A program made the position numbers and the translations under genes. Below the pieces are notes generated by a model. It searched no databases. It saw nothing but the letters and a program-made list of their open reading frames with translations, and had not been told where the DNA came from. 64,000 bases of DNA from Patescibacteria group bacterium (lineage in GTDB: Bacteria; Patescibacteriota; Minisyncoccia; Phycocordibacterales; PALSA-1337), in contig JAZKJN010000006.1 in the NCBI GenBank assembly GCA_040384285.1, forward strand, positions 46,709 through 110,708. The letters run 5' to 3'. Below, piece by piece: positions 8,419-17,725 of the stretch. Numbering within the stretch: position 1 is the first letter of the stretch; every line of letters starts with the position of its first letter.

Positions 8419-9108
8419 CTAGATAGCCTTGAACTGTGCGTAGGTATCCACAACATCCCCCGCAGCATCTTCAAACTCAGCATGCGTACCAAAAAGTCCA
8501 CTTCCCACCACCAGTCGATCAACTCCTGCATGTTTCAAAAGTGATGCATTTTCAAGAGAGACTCCACCGTCGATTTGCACGAGAAGATCTGGGTACATTT
8601 CTTTTACTTTCTTTACACGATCTACGACTGAAGGGTTAAATCTTTGTCCTTGAAATCCCACCTTGTCGATTCCCATAAGTTGAACATAGGAAATCTTGTC
8701 TTTGTATTCTGCAATTGATTCAAGTGGTGTAGAAATATTTAAAGCGAGCCCAATATCAACAAGACCTGAGAGCACATCGAGTGCAGGGTGGAGATTTTTT
8801 GACGATTCAATATGAAGAACAATACGTGTGGCACCCGCAGAAAGCCACTTGCGTGCGTCATCCTCTGTTGGTTCATGGATCATGAGATCAAACTCATAGT
8901 CGATCACTTCCCAGGAGGGCATTCCCTTTTCCTCATGCAGAATTGCTTCAAAGTTTTCATCATGCTTTTTGTATGGCCATGTCGATGAAGGGACAAATTT
9001 ACCATCACAAACATCAACCTGAACTCTTTTTGAAAGTCCTCGTACAAGTTCGATTTTCTCCTCTATTTCAGCAAAATCTTTTGGCAGTATTGCGGGAAGT
9101 ATTTCCAT
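8419..9108 (-). CDS. rpe: Ribulose-phosphate 3-epimerase
   Basis: PAIL, QVDVCDGKFVP, QLMG...GFQGQ, IDGGV, VVGS. Confidence 0.9.
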   Translation of the reverse strand: MEILPAILPKDFAEIEEKIELVRGLSKRVQVDVCDGKFVPSSTWPYKKHDENFEAILHEEKGMPSWEVIDYEFDLMIHEPTEDDARKWLSAGATRIVLHIESSKNLHPALDVLSGLVDIGLALNISTPLESIAEYKDKISYVQLMGIDKVGFQGQRFNPSVVDRVKKVKEMYPDLLVQIDGGVSLENASLLKHAGVDRLVVGSGLFGTHAEFEDAAGDVVDTYAQFKAI

Positions 9109-9124
9109 AAATATATTTTAGTGA

Positions 9125-9574
9125 TTATCCAATATTATCCATCTGCTCAATTCTTCGTATGTGTCGCTCGTCCTGAGAGAAAGGAGTTGCGAGCCAGAGA
9201 CGTATAGCCTCCTGTGCTTCATCGGGAGTTACGAAACCTGCACCTATGGAGAGAATATTTGCATCGTTGTGCTCGCGCGAAAGACGAATGATCTCAGGGT
9301 TTTGTCCGTAGTATACGACAGCACGTACCCCCGGAAAACGGTTTGAGACCATTGCCTCACCCTGTCCTGACTTACCAAAGATGATTGCCTTTGTGTTTTC
9401 AGGATCTTTGATCACTCGCATTGCCACAGGTACCATGATTTCAGGATAGTTGTCATCCTGCATAAAGGAATGCGCACCCATATCTTCTACGTCAAAGTCC
9501 TCATTCTTCAAGAAATCGACAATTTTGTTTTTAAGCTCAAATCCAGCGTGGTCAGATGCAAGTATGATTTTCAT
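9125..9574 (-). CDS. rpiB: RpiB/LacA/LacB sugar-phosphate isomerase
   Basis: ASDHAGFELK, SGQGEAM, SREHNDANIL, RHIRRI. Confidence 0.92.
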   Translation of the reverse strand: MKIILASDHAGFELKNKIVDFLKNEDFDVEDMGAHSFMQDDNYPEIMVPVAMRVIKDPENTKAIIFGKSGQGEAMVSNRFPGVRAVVYYGQNPEIIRLSREHNDANILSIGAGFVTPDEAQEAIRLWLATPFSQDERHIRRIEQMDNIG

Positions 9575-9634
9575 GCCTTTATGATACGTTGCTTTCGTCA
9601 TTTGCGCAAAAGTCATCTAGGTGTACACTATTGT

Positions 9635-10238
9635 ATGAACAGAAACCCTATTGGCTCTTCGCCAATTCATCCCGGAGGTACTTACGAACAACGCACATCT
9701 GTCTTCGTCTTCAAAAATCACCCACGCCCGTTCTCGTCTCCCCTCAAACAAACAGCGCCACACCTACACAGGACCGAAGCGACGCAAGCAGAGCACTATC
9801 GCTCTCCATCACCAAAGAAAGAAGCGCCACGCGAAACATCATCGCAAACATCTCCACTCTCCCACACAACTGACGACTCATCACCGTCTTCCAAAACGCT
9901 ACGGCGGGCATGCGACGTCTGAAAATATTTCCATGGTCACCTGGATGCACCATGATGCTTGGAACGTGCTCTTTGATCGCAAGTCGGAAGCCTACAGCCT
10001 CACGAGCTATGTCGGGGTGATCGCAGAACGTCTGGCAAGCTACATCAACGCCTACATGGTCGGCTTTGACAGCTGTCAGTGGTTTATCGATCGCAAGTCA
10101 AAAGAATCTTGGGAGGTTCTTTTCGGGGGACTTACTTTGAACCAAATCATGCGTACGATCAACTCGGTGTGGCTCCCCACCACATTCAGACTCGAGATCG
10201 TCGGTCGGGTCAAAGTGCAAGTCCATGAAGTAAAATAA
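9635..10238 (+). CDS. Hypothetical protein, possibly frameshifted (9635..9922 plus downstream frame to 10238)
   Basis: TACACT 5 nt before ATG 9635; overlapping open frames; terminator at ~10261-10292. Confidence 0.35.
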
Positions 10239-10341
10239 CTTTCATTACCAGAAATTTCACAGCCGAGCTCAGCAATGGGTCTCGGTTTTTTATTGTCAAA
10301 ATTATATTGACACCAAAAGGTCACGGGTATACACTTGTAGC

Positions 10342-10438
10342 AATATTGTTCACGGTCATTGGAGTCGCACGCCAAGCTGATATAATCGGCATTATCGCTG
10401 ATAGTGAATAGTACCAAAAGCTCCTTCGGGAGCTTTTG
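10342..10438 (+). ncRNA. Candidate small structured RNA (cloverleaf-like)
   Basis: TTGACA(10307)-17-TACACT(10330); closing stem 10344-53/10404-13; three internal hairpins; CCA; terminator 10415-10438; no ATG. Confidence 0.6.
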
Positions 10439-10443
10439 TGCTT

Positions 10444-10812
10444 CTACCCTCGCATAATGCTAAAGAAGTGCTTAGTACCTCCCTTCATTTGCCTTACTAC
10501 TACAATAATTTTTATATCTTGATGCGTCTGTATAAAAGACCAGAAATTAGCATTGCCTTCACTTTTATTCTTATTAAAATCTCTAAATTTTTTACTTGAA
10601 CCAACTACCGAAGGGGCATGCACAAGTAATTGCAATCGCTCAATCTGCTCTTCAATATCTCTCAGATAGTGACCCTTTCTGACAAGATGCCGAAAACCGT
10701 GCCGATTAAAATATACTTTCTCACCGTCAAAAGCAGGGCATTCTACATGCCCTATTTTCTTATATTCTGCATAATGCTTTTTAATAAATTGCTTATGCCT
10801 CTCGATATCCAT
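10444..10812 (-). CDS. Putative RelE/PBECR-like nuclease
   Basis: Small basic protein; VYFNRHGFRHL...FWSF...IIVVVRQ...HFFSIM pattern resembles BECR-fold RNases (judged by eye). Confidence 0.55.
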   Translation of the reverse strand: MDIERHKQFIKKHYAEYKKIGHVECPAFDGEKVYFNRHGFRHLVRKGHYLRDIEEQIERLQLLVHAPSVVGSSKKFRDFNKNKSEGNANFWSFIQTHQDIKIIVVVRQMKGGTKHFFSIMRG

Positions 10813-10904
10813 TCCCTCACGATATCAGGGGGAGATAAAATCTAGATAAAATCGGGGTGAAAAAGGAGTTGGGAAATAGATTTTAGAAAGTGACAAGAGA
10901 TATC

Positions 10905-11507
10905 TTACTTCCGAGACTTCCTTCTCACCCCAATATAGACAAGCACCGCAACGATCGCCCCCAACGTATCTGAAAGCATATCCTTCTGCGCATCCCAAAT
11001 ATCGCCCTGGCTTCCGAGAACGGCGATGCCTGCTGTGGGATCGGAAAGTATTGCGTAGATCCATTCAAAGATTTCATAGACCGCAGCAACTGACATGATT
11101 GCAAAAAGCCCAAAGAGATATGCGATCCATCTTTTTGTGACGATTCCTTTTGCAAGAAGATATTCGATCACTGGAAATGCGTAAAAACCTACGCTAAAGT
11201 GCGCCATTCTGTCATATCCATTTCTTTCAAGTCCCAAAAGATTGGTAACAAAATCAAACGGCACGCGTTCAAAGGTAAAGTGTCCTCCGATCGTGTGGAG
11301 AATGATAAAAACAAACATTAGCGAGTATGAGAGATTTGAAAAGCGAATCCCTTTTACATACAGGAGGATGATAGAGATGAGCACCACCCAGACAGTCATA
11401 TTTTCCACAAACCACACGTCACGAGCAAAAGGATTAAACGCGCAGATCGTAAAAACGATTGCGTAGATTGCGAGAAGATATTTGGGGTAAGAAGAAGCGT
11501 TTGGCAT
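10905..11507 (-). CDS. DUF2238/YjdF membrane protein
   Basis: WFVEN, HTIGGHFTF, RNGYDRMAH, YEIFEW, GSQGDIWDAQKDM. Confidence 0.9.
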   Translation of the reverse strand: MPNASSYPKYLLAIYAIVFTICAFNPFARDVWFVENMTVWVVLISIILLYVKGIRFSNLSYSLMFVFIILHTIGGHFTFERVPFDFVTNLLGLERNGYDRMAHFSVGFYAFPVIEYLLAKGIVTKRWIAYLFGLFAIMSVAAVYEIFEWIYAILSDPTAGIAVLGSQGDIWDAQKDMLSDTLGAIVAVLVYIGVRRKSRK

Positions 11508-11557
11508 GGAATCTATTTGTAAATCAAAAATCTATTCCTAACGAATAGTAATTCTAC

Positions 11558-11896
11558 CTATATACCATTAGGATACTTTTCAGCAAGGCCTATCATAAAT
11601 TTCATAATAACAAACCAAAAAGATCCTGGTATAACGAAACTATATAAAATTACAGTTAAAGCACGGCTCGGATATTTTTTTAATAATTTTTCAGAAATTC
11701 CCAAAATTATACCTGCTACCAAAAAAGCTACTATTCCAAATCCTAAGAAAAGGTAACCTATAAGTGACAGGAATGGAGAGAAAATGAAGTCTAGGGTAAA
11801 ACCTGGATCAGGTAAGCCGGGGGCAACTGACTGATAGATCAATCCCAAAACCCAGAATCCCATGAGAAGAGAAATTATTTTTTGCTTTTCATTCAT
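11558..11896 (-). CDS. Hypothetical membrane protein
   Basis: Three hydrophobic segments; AT-rich. Confidence 0.6.
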   Translation of the reverse strand: MNEKQKIISLLMGFWVLGLIYQSVAPGLPDPGFTLDFIFSPFLSLIGYLFLGFGIVAFLVAGIILGISEKLLKKYPSRALTVILYSFVIPGSFWFVIMKFMIGLAEKYPNGI

Positions 11897-11915
11897 ATTG
11901 TTGATAATTAAATTA

Positions 11916-12893
11916 TTAAATATGTTTCCCCGCTTCAATCACATGTCTCACCAACGTATTCGTATACCCCATCTCATTGTCATACCACGCCAAAACCTTT
12001 ACGAGATTTCCACCGACAACTCGTGTAAATGCGAGATCTGCGATAGATGCATGTGGGTTTCCTACGATATCTCGAGAAACGAGATCCTCTTCGGTGACAG
12101 TAAAGATCCCCTTCCATCGATCACTTCCTGCTGCCTTTTTCAAGATTTCATTGACCTCCTCCGCTGTAGTATTTTTCTTTGCCACAAAAGTGATGTCGAC
12201 AATTGAGCCCACAGCTACAGGAACTCGGATAGAGATACCATCAAAAAGTCCCTCAAACTTTGGCATAACTTTTCCAACAGCGATCGCTGCACCAGTAGAT
12301 GATGGCACGATGTTCATAGCTGCCGCACGTCCTTCTCGCATATCTTTCTTGCTTGGACCATCAACAAGGGCTTGAGAGGCAGTATAGGCATGTACAGTGT
12401 TGAGCAATGCTTTCTCGATTCCAATAGCTTCATCGAGGATGGCAATCAAAGGACTGCCGGCATTTGTCGTGCAGGAAGCGTTTGAGCTGATTTTACACTC
12501 CTTCAACTTATCCTCATTCATACACATCAAAACCGTAGGAGATACATCGTCCTTTATCGGAGCCGAGATCACCACACGCTTTGCCCCAGCATCGATATGT
12601 GCCTGAGCCTTTTCAGTTGCCGTAAAAAGTCCGGTAGATTCAACAACCACATCAACATCAAGCTCTTTCCATGGAAGTTTTGTAGGATCTTTCTCAGAAA
12701 CATACTTTACACCCTTCAAAGTCGCATCACTTTTTCCATAGACCGTATCGTATTTCAAAAGATATTCAACATTTTCGATAGAGGTAAGGTCGTTGACCGC
12801 TACGATCTCAATATCTTTGTTTTCCGAAGCTACTTTATAGAAAGCTCTTCCGATACGTCCGAATCCATTGATTGCAACTTTGATTTTCTTCAT
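11916..12893 (-). CDS. gap: Type I glyceraldehyde-3-phosphate dehydrogenase
   Basis: INGFGRIGR, SNASCTTN, WYDNEMGY. Confidence 0.98.
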   Translation of the reverse strand: MKKIKVAINGFGRIGRAFYKVASENKDIEIVAVNDLTSIENVEYLLKYDTVYGKSDATLKGVKYVSEKDPTKLPWKELDVDVVVESTGLFTATEKAQAHIDAGAKRVVISAPIKDDVSPTVLMCMNEDKLKECKISSNASCTTNAGSPLIAILDEAIGIEKALLNTVHAYTASQALVDGPSKKDMREGRAAAMNIVPSSTGAAIAVGKVMPKFEGLFDGISIRVPVAVGSIVDITFVAKKNTTAEEVNEILKKAAGSDRWKGIFTVTEEDLVSRDIVGNPHASIADLAFTRVVGGNLVKVLAWYDNEMGYTNTLVRHVIEAGKHI

Positions 12894-12922
12894 AGGGAAA
12901 GTGTGATTTTTAGTTTAATTAA

Positions 12923-13306
12923 TTAAAGCGTCCACATCCACGGCTGAGATACTGTGAGAAATGCCAATGCTCCCGCCATAAGGGCAATATTTTTTGTAAA
13001 TTGCACGTATTCCATTGCCCGAGCCTCTGGAGTAGGGGAATTCCAGAAGTCGTGAACCATGAACGTAATAGGGAGCAAAAAGAGAATGATCAAGAGCACT
13101 GACAGATTGACATAGACTCCGAGGATAAGGCCCAAACCTCCGAGAAGGGCAAATATTCCGCTTGTGATGACTGCGGCCTTTGGACTTGGAACATTTTTGG
13201 AAGCTGCGTATCCTGCAAGCATATCTGAATTCCTAAAGTGATTGAAAGCATTCATAATAAAGAATCCTCCAAACACCACTCGCGCTAAAAGAAAAATGTA
13301 TTCCAT
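12923..13306 (-). CDS. DoxX family membrane protein
   Basis: LARVVFGGFF...HDFW...FTKNIALMAG. Confidence 0.88.
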   Translation of the reverse strand: MEYIFLLARVVFGGFFIMNAFNHFRNSDMLAGYAASKNVPSPKAAVITSGIFALLGGLGLILGVYVNLSVLLIILFLLPITFMVHDFWNSPTPEARAMEYVQFTKNIALMAGALAFLTVSQPWMWTL

Positions 13307-13384
13307 AAAAGTATAGTCTTGTTAATGCCTTGTAATACCTCAATTATAGTACATATTTCAAAATTATCATATAATATGGGCATC

Positions 13385-14614
13385 ATGAAAAAAACACATG
13401 TTGTCATCGTGGGAGGAGGTTTCGGCGGAGTCTACACAGCACGCCATCTTGAGAAAATGTTTGATACAGAGGAGATCGATATCACCCTTATCAACAAAAC
13501 CAATTACTTCCTCTTCACTCCCCTTCTCCACGAAGTGGCAACAGGTGCCCTCACTCCCGACTCTATCGTAGAACCTATCCGTGAAGTGTTCCGCCGAGGA
13601 CCAATACATTTTGTAGAAGATGTCGTGACAGAGATCGACAGCGAGAAAAAGCAGGTGATGACCGCGACACAGTCCTTCCCCTACGACTATCTCGTGCTTT
13701 CTATGGGAGCAGAGACCAACTATTTCGGCACCCCAGGCGCACAGGAAAATTCTTTTACTCTCAAGCATCTTGGCGACGCCATCACTCTTCGCAATCATTT
13801 TGTAAAAACGTTTGAGGAAGCGATGGAAACTAAAAACAAAGATCTTCTCTCTATCGCCATAGTCGGTGCAGGAGCAACAGGAGTGGAGCTTGCAGCTGAA
13901 GCGGTGGAGTACTTTAAAGATACGATGTGTGCATATTACAAAAATTCGGGCATCACACATAAAGATGTCAAAGTGACCCTCGTCACAGCAACTCCTGACC
14001 TTATCCCAATATTCCCTACCGAAATGCGCGCTATTGCAGAGAAGGAACTCGTGCGCAAAGGTGTAAGCATTATGAAAAATGCAAAAGTAGTCAAAGTCGA
14101 CCCTCATATGATTTCTTTTGATGGAGGAGCAACCCTCAAAGCCCACACCATCGTCTGGGTTGCAGGAGTAAAGGCATCAACATCAGATATCAAAGGTACA
14201 GAGACAGGTATAAAAACTACCGACAAGAGACGTCTCGAGATCAATGACTTTCTCCAGAGCACCACTCGACCTGAAATATTTTCTCTCGGTGATGTTTCAG
14301 GAACTTCTCCCATGCTTGCCCAGGTTGCAGTACGACAAGGAAAACTTGTTGCAAAAAATATCAAGGCACTTGCAAACGGAAAACCCGAGGAACTTAAGAA
14401 ATGGCATTTTGATCAAAAAATTCTCTTGATCTCTCTTGGTCAATGGTACGCCGCAGGACATTTTGGCGCCATAACCCTCAAAGGTGCACCAATGTGGTGG
14501 CTCTGGAGAACTGTGTACCTTTTCAACTTCGTATCATGGAGAAAAAAGGTTGAGATCGCCGTAGAGTGGACCATCAACCTTTTCTATCCTCGAGATATTA
14601 CGATTATTGAGTAG
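13385..14614 (+). CDS. ndh: Type II NADH dehydrogenase-like FAD oxidoreductase
   Basis: GGGFGG, FTPLLHEVATG, GAGATGVELAAE, VWVAGV, GD, AQVA. Confidence 0.9.
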   Translation: MKKTHVVIVGGGFGGVYTARHLEKMFDTEEIDITLINKTNYFLFTPLLHEVATGALTPDSIVEPIREVFRRGPIHFVEDVVTEIDSEKKQVMTATQSFPYDYLVLSMGAETNYFGTPGAQENSFTLKHLGDAITLRNHFVKTFEEAMETKNKDLLSIAIVGAGATGVELAAEAVEYFKDTMCAYYKNSGITHKDVKVTLVTATPDLIPIFPTEMRAIAEKELVRKGVSIMKNAKVVKVDPHMISFDGGATLKAHTIVWVAGVKASTSDIKGTETGIKTTDKRRLEINDFLQSTTRPEIFSLGDVSGTSPMLAQVAVRQGKLVAKNIKALANGKPEELKKWHFDQKILLISLGQWYAAGHFGAITLKGAPMWWLWRTVYLFNFVSWRKKVEIAVEWTINLFYPRDITIIE

Positions 14615-14616
14615 TA

Positions 14617-15180
14617 CTACTTCGTAACGACTCTGAAAGTAAATTTGTAAGTTCCTGAACCAATCTCCTGTCCTGCAACAGGCGCTGGAGAGACGTCGGT
14701 GAGAGTTACCATAACTGCACCCGTATCAAAGGATACTGCGGTACCGAGAGTGAAGTCAGTGGTTCGTGTACCTCCAGCAGATGTTACCACCTGCGCACGA
14801 AGACGAACTGTTCCCGCCTGGATACACTGGACATCTATTGGACAGCGACTATCTTCAAGAACCGAGAGTGGTGTAACAAAGAATGTTCCAACCTGGGCTT
14901 TTTGATTGATGCTTGCAGCGACAGTGGTTGTTCCGGAAGATGTAGAAGTCGAAGTAGGAGCTGGACATGCTGCAAACTCACAGTTTGGTCCCTGGCGCCC
15001 TACCGCAGATCCATCAGGACATATCCTTGCATCCATCGTACATGCCACAGGTTCATTGGTATTTGGAATATTCACTCTTACAGTGGGATTTTTCTCTTTG
15101 TAAACCGATATTCCCCAGATTGCGATTACTACCAAAATGATAATAAGAATAACCGGAGCGAATGTATTTTTATTTTGCAT
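14617..15180 (-). CDS. Membrane-anchored Cys-motif protein
   Basis: N-terminal TM; CTMDARICPDGSAVGRQGPNCEFAACP and DSRCPIDVQCIQAG modules. Confidence 0.8.
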   Translation of the reverse strand: MQNKNTFAPVILIIILVVIAIWGISVYKEKNPTVRVNIPNTNEPVACTMDARICPDGSAVGRQGPNCEFAACPAPTSTSTSSGTTTVAASINQKAQVGTFFVTPLSVLEDSRCPIDVQCIQAGTVRLRAQVVTSAGGTRTTDFTLGTAVSFDTGAVMVTLTDVSPAPVAGQEIGSGTYKFTFRVVTK

Positions 15181-15224
15181 ACAGATGATGACGGATTAAC
15201 CCACCCTAACCTTACATGGAGACT

Positions 15225-15374
15225 TTAAACGATAGGTCGTCCCTTGATGAGTCTGATGAGAACAGCGACAACCGCAAGGATAAGGAGGATGTGAATAAAA
15301 CTTCCGAGAGCATTGAATCCAATGAATCCAATTGCCCACAAGACAATGAGGATAATAGCGATTGTATATAACAT
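15225..15374 (-). CDS. lmo0937-like small membrane protein (49 aa)
   Basis: Manual translation MLYTIAIILIVLWAIGFIGFNALGSFIHILLILAVVAVLIRLIKGRPIV. Confidence 0.85.
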   Translation of the reverse strand: MLYTIAIILIVLWAIGFIGFNALGSFIHILLILAVVAVLIRLIKGRPIV

Positions 15375-15433
15375 AGTTTTTAAATAGAATTACGAGTAAT
15401 TAATGAAAACGTTCGACTCCCTAGAGTATACCC

Positions 15434-15898
15434 CTAATACCCCGCGGGCGGTAGCGTCTTCTCCCCAAGCATCCCTAAGTTTAAGACGTTGACCTCGGCG
15501 GAAACTTTCTCAACGAAATTCTGGAGTGCCCGTCGCTGCTCTTCTGTTTTTGAAGAAAGAATATAAACAAGGGCTTTGTCGAAGTCATTTTTAAATTTCT
15601 GATTGATATCTTTCCATGCAACATCCTTCAAAAGATCACACATTCCCTGATCGTACGAGACAACTCCGGTCTTCATCAAAAAAGCGACCGCAGGATATCC
15701 GAGTGTTTCTTTCCAGTACGAAGCGTTGTCGTTTGACATGATCGCCTGCTTTGCTGGATCATACATGACGTAATAAAACTTGTTACGAGTGGAGGAATAC
15801 ACTTTTGCACTGTTGGGAGTCACAACTTCCACACGACCATCGGCAATAGCTCCGAGGCTTTCGTAGATTTTAGTTGGTGAAATCGGGAGCCATTTCAT
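15434..15898 (-). CDS. Hypothetical protein
   Basis: 154-aa ORF in operon with the two upstream genes. Confidence 0.75.
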   Translation of the reverse strand: MKWLPISPTKIYESLGAIADGRVEVVTPNSAKVYSSTRNKFYYVMYDPAKQAIMSNDNASYWKETLGYPAVAFLMKTGVVSYDQGMCDLLKDVAWKDINQKFKNDFDKALVYILSSKTEEQRRALQNFVEKVSAEVNVLNLGMLGEKTLPPAGY

Positions 15899-15905
15899 GG
15901 AGAAA

Positions 15906-16223
15906 TTATATCAGAGGATAAACGTCCAAAGCCACCTCTTCATAAGGATGAACTTTTTTAATTGCAGTGATCACATCTTGAAGTTTTTCTCGAGAACAAA
16001 CTGTCTCGATTCTTTCTTCATTAACCTCTTCCAATTTTCCCACTTTACCAATATGAGGCTGTGCTCCTTGTTCTGGCTTAAACCTCCCCGTTCCTTTTGT
16101 AGAAAAGGAGCAGAAAGAATAATTGCCGATTTTGCCAGCACCAGCATTTCCCATAGCCTCTCGCACAATATCAGTGTGAGTCTCTGGAACAAACACAACA
16201 ATTTTTACGTTTTTTGAATCCAT
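15906..16223 (-). CDS. YqfO/NIF3-insert (PII/CutA-like) protein
   Basis: KIVVFVP...GAGKIGNYSFCSF...HPYEEVALDVYPL. Confidence 0.88.
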   Translation of the reverse strand: MDSKNVKIVVFVPETHTDIVREAMGNAGAGKIGNYSFCSFSTKGTGRFKPEQGAQPHIGKVGKLEEVNEERIETVCSREKLQDVITAIKKVHPYEEVALDVYPLI

Positions 16224-17086
16224 GTCAGTACTGTTTGAGCCAAGTCATCTTCAAAACCAATATATCCATGATTCGCATCTCCGAGAATTTTTGTTTCCAC
16301 ATGAGAACTTTGTGTGGAGGCTTTTGTGATTCTCTCCATTGTTTCCTCTATCGATACAGTGAGGCAATCATCTTCTCGTCCCATGGTTACGAAAATAGGT
16401 TGAGTGATAGTTCCAAGTACGGGAAGTTTAAAATTTGGATCAAAGAAATTAAATATTGCCACAGGAGAATCGTCCCCAAACAAACTTAGATATGTGTTTG
16501 CACTCAAGGGACATTCATCCCATATCTCATGAGAGAGCAATTCCTCACCCTTACCCGCCTTTACCAAAGTACGAGCTTCGTTTATATCTCGTTCAAATGT
16601 TTCTTTTTCATCACGGACCAATCCAAGCATATCGGAAGGTGAAAGCAGGATGAGAGATGCAACTCTTTTGTCTTGAGTTTGGGAAAGGTAGTAAGAGACT
16701 TTTGGACTACCGAGACTATGCCCAGACAAATGAATGTCATTGAACCCCCATAGAGAAACAGCGTCGATGGCTCCCTGAATATCAAGAAGTGAGTCTTCAA
16801 ATTTTTCATACGAATTGCCTGCACGAACATATTCTTTCTTTCCACCTGGAAGAGTCTTCGTCAGATATTTTAGAGATTCACATCCACGATTGTTAAAGGC
16901 AAAGAAAGCTATTCCGTTATCAGTTAAGGTTTTTGCGAGAGCATCAAGGAATCTATTTTCATAAAAATTACCAGCCATCCCGTGAACATGTACGAGAATC
17001 TTAGAAGTTTTTTCTTCAGGCTCATACAGCAAGCCAACCAATTCCAAATTATCCTTCGTGAGTATGCGGTGGAGTGATGTTTTCAT
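16205..17086 (-). CDS. Alpha/beta hydrolase (DUF1749-like)
   Basis: HGMAGN, GHSLG nucleophile elbow, D, ANH. Confidence 0.85.
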   Translation of the reverse strand: MKTSLHRILTKDNLELVGLLYEPEEKTSKILVHVHGMAGNFYENRFLDALAKTLTDNGIAFFAFNNRGCESLKYLTKTLPGGKKEYVRAGNSYEKFEDSLLDIQGAIDAVSLWGFNDIHLSGHSLGSPKVSYYLSQTQDKRVASLILLSPSDMLGLVRDEKETFERDINEARTLVKAGKGEELLSHEIWDECPLSANTYLSLFGDDSPVAIFNFFDPNFKLPVLGTITQPIFVTMGREDDCLTVSIEETMERITKASTQSSHVETKILGDANHGYIGFEDDLAQTVLTWIQKT

Positions 17087-17146
17087 ATCCTTAATTAAAC
17101 CTCATTTCCCCTCTCCACGCCAGAGTTTGATGTGTCAGACTCTTTT

Positions 17147-17692
17147 TTAGATCGCTGGTGTATAGACGTTTACCTCAATAGCTCCGTGCTCGGACAATAC
17201 TTTTGAAACATCTATCACCTCAGGCGCATAGACTACGACGAGCACATCTCCTGCACGCACATAGTCTTCATATCTCTGAGCATTTTCTTTTCCTACACCA
17301 AGGTTTGCGAGAGCGCCGATGAGTCCTCCTGCTGCCACTCCAGTGAGCGCACCTGCTGCCGTAGTACCCAGTGCACCTGTAAGGCCGAGGGCTGCAATGA
17401 TAGGTCCCGCCACAAAGATGGGACCGAGAAGCGGAATAATTCCTACCACAGTCGCAATACCTGCCAAGGCTCCGAGTGCCCCTCCTACCGTCGCACCTTT
17501 TGCAGCACCTTCTCCCGGTGTGTCTGAGCTGATATTTCGTGCGTGTACTTCTTTTACATTTCCTTCAGTGTTGCGGTACACAAAAGAAATATCCTCGTTG
17601 GGAATTCCAAGTCCTGAATGAAGTTGATTAATTGCTTTTTCTGCTGAATCTCGCGATTCAAAAATTCCTGTTATTGTTTTTTTCATATACAT
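17147..17692 (-). CDS. General stress protein-like with glycine zipper
   Basis: GIFESRDSAEKAI...GAAKGATVGGALG...YEDYVRAGDVLV. Confidence 0.8.
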   Translation of the reverse strand: MYMKKTITGIFESRDSAEKAINQLHSGLGIPNEDISFVYRNTEGNVKEVHARNISSDTPGEGAAKGATVGGALGALAGIATVVGIIPLLGPIFVAGPIIAALGLTGALGTTAAGALTGVAAGGLIGALANLGVGKENAQRYEDYVRAGDVLVVVYAPEVIDVSKVLSEHGAIEVNVYTPAI

Positions 17693-17725
17693 CTATGACG
17701 GTAGGCAGGAAAAAAACTTACAGAT

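Noticed and set aside
10344-10416. Canonical tRNA gene
   Set aside because: 10-bp closing stem, 3-nt loops and no TTC T-loop; kept only as a tRNA-like sRNA candidate
13367-14146. 259-aa minus-strand ORF (likewise 36246..36917, 39915..40439, 60718..61413 and many shorter ones)
   Set aside because: Antisense or off-frame shadows of better-supported genes, with no recognisable motifs
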